DNA of 32,000 nucleotides from Vibrio mangrovi (GTDB lineage Bacteria; Pseudomonadota; Gammaproteobacteria; Enterobacterales; Vibrionaceae): NCBI RefSeq assembly GCF_024346955.1, contig NZ_AP024884.1, positions 610,230 to 642,229 of the forward strand, read 5' to 3'. Shown piece by piece: positions 26,916 to 32,000 of this stretch (position 1 is its first letter; each line of letters starts with the position of its first letter). The notes under the pieces were generated by a model. It saw only the letters and a program-made list of their open reading frames with translations, ran no database searches and was not told where the DNA came from. The position numbers and the translations under genes were made by a program.

Positions 26916-27233
26916 ATGCTTAACTGGTTTGTGAACCGTTGGAATGACCTGATAGATATTATTTTCAGTGTCTTCCTTGATGTCTGGAATTTTTTAGTCG
27001 ATATCTTCTGTTTTCTCTTTGAAACCATTTTTAATGTGGTCATTTCTTTGGTCTCTGGCCTCGGTACAGCGTTGTCTTCTGTTTCCGTTCCCCAGTATTT
27101 GACTTTTCTTCCTGAGTCGATGCTGAACGTCATGTCTATTGTCGGAATTAACGAAGCATCTGTCATTATTGTGACCGCATTGATTATCCGGTTTACGTTA
27201 CAGCTCATTCCTTTTATCCGGCTCGGCTCTTGA
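26916..27233 (+). CDS. pVI/Ace-like minor coat protein (copy 2)
   Basis: Identical to 18176-18493 (offset +8740). Confidence 0.6.
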   Translation: MLNWFVNRWNDLIDIIFSVFLDVWNFLVDIFCFLFETIFNVVISLVSGLGTALSSVSVPQYLTFLPESMLNVMSIVGINEASVIIVTALIIRFTLQLIPFIRLGS

Positions 27234-27241
27234 GGTGAATT

Positions 27242-28366
27242 ATGGCTATTACCTTAGTTAAAGGAACTCCCGGTAGTGGTAAATCCTACGAAACTGTTGT
27301 CCATCATATTCTTCCTGTTCTGAAAGATGGCCGGAAGGTAGTGACGAATATCCCGTTGAATATTGAAAGTTTCTGTATGATTTTAGGGGAGTCGGTCAGA
27401 GAACTGATAGAAGTTCATCCTTTTGATTTCAGTGATAGCACTCCGGCACTTGCTCATCCGGATGATTATATCCAGTACCAGGACTGGCGAAATGACAAGG
27501 GGCAGGGTGTCTTGTTTGTTCTTGATGAATGTCATTATCTGTTTCCCCTTCAGGGGCGCGGTAAAGTGATGACTGATCTCGCAGATGCCCAGGTTCGTTT
27601 TTTTTCGGGTCATCGTCATTATGGTTTTGATTTCATTTTTCTGACTCAGAGTGACCGGAAGATCAACAAACTTATTCGGGAAGATATCGAGATTTGTATT
27701 GAAGTCAGGAAAGTTAGAGCTGTAGGAGAAAAATCTTATCGTCGCTCTGTCTACTACTATGGTGATTCCAAGAAAAATGGGCTGATTGATCAGGGACTGC
27801 GGAAATATGAAGATCAATATTTTGTACTGTATAAATCTCATACAAAGACAGAACAGGTGGTTCAGGAAGCTGGGATTAAAGATGTGAAAAAATGGCATCA
27901 AAGCTGGTTCATTCGGTTTGGTATCGCTTTGACTGCATTTGGTGTCTTTTATGTTGGTAAGACACTGACTGGAATGTTTTCATCACATGATGTTCCTACT
28001 GTGGCTACCAGTGAAAAAGCGAAGGCTTCTCCCAGATTAATATCCAGTCCTAAACCACAATTCACCGGCCTACCGTTTGGTGATTTTGATATTTATATTG
28101 AAGGACATTCCGAATACACCTACCGGGATAAAAAAGATGTCTTCCATATCAGGAAACAGGTTTACTTCTCTGCCCGTAACAAAGCTAACTTTGAGTTGAA
28201 CCTTAGACTGGAAGACTTCTATCTTGCCGGATATCAGGTTTCAGTTTATGGCCCCTGTATGGTCAGGCTGACATACGGAGATTCAAGCAAGCTTGTTTAC
28301 TGCCACGGTAAACAACCAAGACCGGAATCCTCTTCAGACCCGGTTCAGAATATAGCATCATTGTAG
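27242..28366 (+). CDS. zot: Zot/pI-family assembly ATPase (copy 2)
   Basis: Identical to 18502-19626 (offset +8740). Confidence 0.9.
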   Translation: MAITLVKGTPGSGKSYETVVHHILPVLKDGRKVVTNIPLNIESFCMILGESVRELIEVHPFDFSDSTPALAHPDDYIQYQDWRNDKGQGVLFVLDECHYLFPLQGRGKVMTDLADAQVRFFSGHRHYGFDFIFLTQSDRKINKLIREDIEICIEVRKVRAVGEKSYRRSVYYYGDSKKNGLIDQGLRKYEDQYFVLYKSHTKTEQVVQEAGIKDVKKWHQSWFIRFGIALTAFGVFYVGKTLTGMFSSHDVPTVATSEKAKASPRLISSPKPQFTGLPFGDFDIYIEGHSEYTYRDKKDVFHIRKQVYFSARNKANFELNLRLEDFYLAGYQVSVYGPCMVRLTYGDSSKLVYCHGKQPRPESSSDPVQNIASL

Positions 28367-28371
28367 GCAAG

Positions 28372-28425
28372 ATGAATTCAGAAAAGGGGCCCCACGTCCC
28401 GTGGGGTTATTGTTTCTGAATTCAT
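28372..28425 (+). other. Compound hairpin after zot (copy 2)
   Basis: Identical to 19632-19685 (offset +8740). Confidence 0.5.
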
Positions 28426-28684
28426 TTGCCGTTCTATGGAAAAATGTCTGAAGAGAACTGAAGCTCGATTTTTACTGCTATATGCTTGCATGTAGAGTAA
28501 AAATGAGCAGACAAGCGTAGCGCGTCAGCCTGATGGACAATGATGTTGCAGTACTGCAACTATCAAGCAGTTTGTCGTTCAACTTAGTTCTGTACATTAA
28601 GCATTATTTTGCATATAAAAGTTGCCTAAAAATTTATAGAACTGAAATCACACTGATTTATTTCATTATCTAAAGAGGTTTTTT

Positions 28685-29038
28685 GTGAGTAACAGAGACA
28701 AGAAATTATTAAAACGTAAGAGGAAAGCTCAGAAAAACAATAAAGCTAAAAATAAAAATGGTGGGCTATTTTTTACACCTAAAGGAATTCAGATAATGGA
28801 AACTCTTTCGTCTGTTGAAGACATGGATTGTTTCGATATACCTGTTCCAGAAGTTGGCGCATACAAAGATGATTTGGATCACTACTTTCGAATTTTATCT
28901 GTATCCGAAAGAGATCCTGAGGGGAATTTTATCGTGAGTTACTGCGATATTGTAGATGGTGTTGATATGCCTTCAGAAAATTTAAGTGCTAATGACTGGA
29001 TAGAGCTTTCAGTGCTTTGTAGCCCAAAGTTATTGTAA
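28685..29038 (+). CDS. Hypothetical protein upstream of the bacteriocin gene (copy 2)
   Basis: Identical to 19945-20298 (offset +8740). Confidence 0.5.
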   Translation: MSNRDKKLLKRKRKAQKNNKAKNKNGGLFFTPKGIQIMETLSSVEDMDCFDIPVPEVGAYKDDLDHYFRILSVSERDPEGNFIVSYCDIVDGVDMPSENLSANDWIELSVLCSPKLL

Positions 29039-29087
29039 AAAATAAAAATTATTTACTTAATTCTTAGTCAGTAGGCAGGTCTCATTT

Positions 29088-30383
29088 ATGTCATCGAAAG
29101 ACGGTAAGATTGTTTGGTGGGTTAAAGCAACAAAGGTCGCAGCAGAACCTAAAATTATCCACTGGACACCTAAAACAATCCCGAATCCGGATAGCCCGGA
29201 ACCCGCAGAGAAAGCCCAATCGCTCACGCTCAAAGAACGTCTTGAAAAACAGCGGCTGGAGAATATCAAGGCGAATGATAAAGCATTTGAAGAAGTGCAG
29301 CACAATCAGCAACTCAAACGCTTTGCTAAATCGCTATCAATCCCTTCAGGTACTTGTGACATCGGTACACAACGAGAGCCGTTGTCTTCGATTGGTCAGT
29401 ATGCCGCTTATACGGCATCGCTTAACAATGGTATAGCAGAAGCGGGCAGTGTATCCCGTGTTGCAGGCCAGGCGCTGGCTGAAATTGAAGGAATGGCTGT
29501 CCGGCTGATTGGTCTGGCTCCAGCCGCTGCGACTGTGGTGTTAGGTGTATTAATCCCCAATCAACTGGCAGACGGCACTTTGTATAAGGAATCAGAAATC
29601 CGACACAAATCAAAGGTGAAAACAAATATTCGTTTAGGGGCGGATGATAACGGCCAGCTCTATGGCTACCATGTCAACGGTACAGACATCCCAAGGCGTA
29701 GTGTTCGTCAGCAAGGTGATAAATTCGTTGTGGATTTAGAGCCGGGGATCACGATTGAGTGGGTGCCGGCTAGCGGAGATTTTGGCGGTAAACCGATCCT
29801 TGTTAATCCGATCCCGGACATGGAAAAGCTGGATGTCTGGGTGCATCCACAGGTCGATCAGGGTAAAGAGTTTGAAAAAACTTACATTACCCCGATTGAG
29901 GATACCGACCTAAAAGATTACATTCTGACATTCCCGGCAGATACCGGACTACCTCCGTTATATGTGGTTTATAAAGAAAGCCCCCGGAATGAATCGGGTG
30001 TTGTGACCGGGAACGGTGAAGATGTAACTGGCTTATGGCTGGAAGCAGCCGGAAAAGAGTTAGGTTCTCCGGTGCCATCACAAATTGCGGATAATCTCAG
30101 AGGTCGAGAGTTCAGTAGTTTTGACAGCTTCCGGAAAGCGTTCTGGCTGGCTATAAGTGAAGATGAAAATCTAATGTCGCAGTTTAATCGAAATAACCAA
30201 AAGAAAATTAGAGCAGGAAAAGCGCCGTTTGCTCCACAGGATCAGAAGTATGGTGAAACAATGAGATTTGAGATTCACCACATAGAAGAAATACAACATG
30301 GCGGTGCCGTCTATGATGTTGATAATATGAGAGTCGTTACCCCTAAGAATCATAAGAGAATCCATTATGGAGATAAGCAATGA
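29088..30383 (+). CDS. S-type pyocin / colicin E-type HNH DNase bacteriocin (copy 2)
   Basis: Identical to 20348-21643 (offset +8740). Confidence 0.9.
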   Translation: [431 protein letters not shown]

Positions 30384-30637
30384 TGCAGTTTAAGAACAAT
30401 CTCTCTGAGTATACGGAACAAGAATTTACTCAGTTTGTTGAACTTATTTGTGATAATGAATTGTCTGAATCGGAAGAAGATAAACTGGTTAGTCACTTTT
30501 CAAAGATAGTTGATCACCCAGATGGTACAGATTTAATCTTTTGGCCTAAGGATGGTCAGGATGATTCTCCAAAAGGCATTGTTGCTGAGGTTAAACGATG
30601 GCGAACGTCACAGGGTTTGCCATGCTTTAAGGACTGA
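30380..30637 (+). CDS. Colicin/pyocin DNase immunity protein (copy 2)
   Basis: Identical to 21640-21897 (offset +8740). Confidence 0.9.
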   Translation: MMQFKNNLSEYTEQEFTQFVELICDNELSESEEDKLVSHFSKIVDHPDGTDLIFWPKDGQDDSPKGIVAEVKRWRTSQGLPCFKD

Positions 30638-30663
30638 TTCAGTCTTTTTTTTAAATTCCTCAT

Positions 30664-30691
30664 AGTGCGCATTATGTACGTTATGTTAAAT
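30664..30691 (+). other. dif: Chromosome dimer resolution site dif (XerC arm, 6-bp centre, XerD arm); attR of the prophage
   Basis: AGTGCGCATTA-TGTACG-TTATGTTAAAT. The XerD arm matches E. coli dif TTATGTTAAAT at 11/11 positions. The XerC arm matches GGTGCGCATAA at 9/11. It has the standard 6-bp central region and lies in an AT-rich intergenic region. Confidence 0.85.
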
Positions 30692-30787
30692 AATATTTAT
30701 TATACATATTATAATATTCAATCCATTGCCCTTCGTTTCTGTCTTTTGACAAAGCGGGTTTGTTTCCTCTTCTACTTTTAGAATACA

Positions 30788-30810
30788 GAGCGTGGTAATT
30801 AACCACGCTC
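30788..30810 (-). terminator. Hairpin downstream of the alcohol dehydrogenase gene (weak U-tract)
   Basis: 9-bp stem gagcgtggt / accacgctc with loop aatta. The minus-strand tail tgtattc is only moderately T-rich. Confidence 0.4.
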
Positions 30811-30828
30811 CTACGATTGTCTGACGGT

Positions 30829-31974
30829 TTACTCTCCGTAATAGCTTTTACGGTATAAGTTTGTTACATCCTCGACTGTCGGTTGACCTGGATTTGTCAG
30901 TGTACATGGGTCGCCATGAGCTCGTTTACTCATCCTTGCCAGAACTTCAGTAAACTTCTCTTCATTAAAATCAACTTCATCGCAATCTTTAAAACATGTC
31001 GGAATATTCAGCGCTCTGTTGAGTTCTCTGACGGTTTCAGCCAAATCATTGATGCCGAGCACATTTTCAACTAATTGATATTTATTAGTATATTGTTTAT
31101 TGAAATCAATAATATAAGGAAGAAGAATTGCATTTGCCAGACCATGTGTGACACCAAACTCCCCACCAATCTTATGGGCCAGTGAATGTACCAGTCCCAG
31201 AGATGCATTGGTAAATGCCATTCCAGCTAATGCAGAGGCATTGTGCATGTTATAGCGCGCTTCTTTATGAGTTGGTTCTTTGTAAGCTGTCTCAATATTG
31301 TCTATGACAAGTCTGATTGCTTCTATCGAGTAAGGATCTGTGAATGATGTTGCGGCTGTAGACGCTAAAGCTTCCGCAGCATGAGTCAAAACGTCCATTC
31401 CGGTATTTGCTGTAATATGAGCAGGCATGGTTTCAGGAAGTTTCGGATCCAGAATCGCAATATCAGGCACCATATCGGCAGCAACAATCGGATATTTTAT
31501 GTGATTCTCGGTATCGGTAATTACTGAGAATGCGGTGATTTCAGATGCAGTACCGCTTGTTGATGGAATAGCAATAAACTTTGCTTTTTGCCGTAGCGCA
31601 GGCATAGAGCCGACTTCAATAATGTCCTCAAATTTCAAATGAGGATGTTCATAGAAACACCACATCACTTTAGCAGCATCAAGTGCAGAACCTCCGCCAA
31701 TAGCCACAATCCAGTCAGGTTCAAAATTGATCATTGCTTCAGCACCACGCCATACGGTTTTCACCGATGGATTCGGCTCAACGCCATCAATAATAATGCT
31801 ACTAATACCAGCCTGAGACAAATAATCCTGGCACTGATCTAAAAAGCCAAATTTTTTCATTGAGCTTCCGCCAGTGACAATGACAGCTTTTTTGCCCTGT
31901 AGCTTTGCCAATTCAGCTAAAGCCCCTTCTCCATAGACAATGTCCCGGGGCACTGAAAATCTCATGATGCTCAT
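30829..31974 (-). CDS. Iron-containing (group III) alcohol dehydrogenase
   Basis: 381 aa. It has the VTGGSSMKK and IAIGGGSALDAAK nucleotide-binding motifs and metal-binding His motifs (DVLTHAAEA, LVHSLAHKIGGEFGVTHG) typical of the Fe-ADH family. An AGGAGA SD lies upstream of ATG 31974. Confidence 0.9.
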   Translation of the reverse strand: MSIMRFSVPRDIVYGEGALAELAKLQGKKAVIVTGGSSMKKFGFLDQCQDYLSQAGISSIIIDGVEPNPSVKTVWRGAEAMINFEPDWIVAIGGGSALDAAKVMWCFYEHPHLKFEDIIEVGSMPALRQKAKFIAIPSTSGTASEITAFSVITDTENHIKYPIVAADMVPDIAILDPKLPETMPAHITANTGMDVLTHAAEALASTAATSFTDPYSIEAIRLVIDNIETAYKEPTHKEARYNMHNASALAGMAFTNASLGLVHSLAHKIGGEFGVTHGLANAILLPYIIDFNKQYTNKYQLVENVLGINDLAETVRELNRALNIPTCFKDCDEVDFNEEKFTEVLARMSKRAHGDPCTLTNPGQPTVEDVTNLYRKSYYGE

Positions 31975-32000
31975 AGTTATCTCCTATATGTTTTCATATG

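Larger units (their letters stand above)
13167..30649. repeat. Head-to-tail tandem duplication, 2 x 8740 bp (copy 1 13167-21906, copy 2 21907-30646, plus 3 nt of shared T-run)
   Basis: Every track ORF in copy 1, on both strands and including spurious ones, recurs with an identical translation at +8740. Sequence lines I spot-checked are identical. The left edge is gcatgc|tttaatagcggc, the joint is agtctt|tttaatagcggc, and the right edge is agtcttttt|tttaaattcc. Confidence 0.9.
10492..30691 (+). mobile_element. Xer-exploiting integrative filamentous prophage (IMEX, CTXphi-type integration) at dif, containing a tandemly duplicated 8740-bp phage unit
   Basis: Bounded on the left by an inverted pair of dif-like sites and on the right by a canonical dif. 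The interior has an inovirus gene order (repressor, gene-II-type Rep, small proteins, pVIII-like coat, pIII-like, pVI-like, Zot/pI). No integrase, transposase or secretin is present. Confidence 0.8.

Noticed and set aside
10492-30691. I looked for an integrase, transposase, IS ends, a pIV secretin or a lysis cassette inside the element.
   Set aside because: None was found in any frame. Their absence fits Xer-dependent integration and host-secretin-dependent extrusion, so the element is not called an integrase-type island or a transposon.
1-32000. I scanned for CRISPR arrays and for tRNA or rRNA genes.
   Set aside because: There are no short regularly spaced direct repeats, and I saw no cloverleaf-like or rRNA-like conserved stretches. 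The only large repeat is the 8740-bp tandem duplication.

Overview
This is a Vibrionaceae-type chromosomal segment. The left 10.4 kb is housekeeping or regulatory: a membrane GGDEF diguanylate cyclase (partial, minus strand), a ComFB-like protein, a small coupled ORF, pntAB transhydrogenase, and a five-gene envelope-stress-type operon. That operon has a sensor kinase, an OmpR-type regulator, a secreted protein and a TraF-like outer-membrane barrel. From memory it looks like vxrABCD, which follows pntAB near the chromosome-2 terminus of V. cholerae. The far right end carries an iron-type alcohol dehydrogenase (minus strand).

Between them (about 10492-30691) lies a roughly 20.2-kb integrative element that exploits Xer recombination. 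It is a filamentous (inovirus) prophage inserted at the chromosome dimer-resolution site dif. The right border is a canonical 28-bp dif. The left border is a pair of inverted dif-like sites (12-nt and 7-nt central regions) separated by a GC-rich 124-nt spacer. That is the scar expected from CTXphi-type integration of a folded ssDNA hairpin.

Inside the element, an 8740-bp unit is present as an apparently perfect head-to-tail tandem duplication (13167-30649). The joint has only about 3 nt of T-run microhomology and contains no Xer site.
- **Regulators (minus strand):** an AbrB-like protein and an XRE repressor.
- **Phage core (plus strand):** a gene-II-type replication initiator, a putative ssDNA-binding protein, small membrane proteins, a pVIII-like major coat, a pIII-like adsorption protein, a pVI/Ace-like protein and a Zot/pI assembly ATPase.
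- **Cargo:** a 117-aa ORF, a 431-aa S-type-pyocin/colicin-E9-like HNH DNase bacteriocin, and an Im9-like immunity protein overlapping its stop codon.

The most interesting result is a non-lytic filamentous phage at dif that carries a DNase bacteriocin plus immunity pair, in two copies, with no lysis gene, no secretin and no integrase. The 2.5-kb left arm is largely unexplained. It holds a possible transglutaminase-like Cys-His-Asp protein, a roughly 930-bp ORF-poor structured stretch, a 29-codon ORF and a coiled-coil membrane-anchored protein. I saw no rRNA, tRNA, CRISPR array, IS element or integrase. All homology statements come from reading motifs by eye, not from searches.
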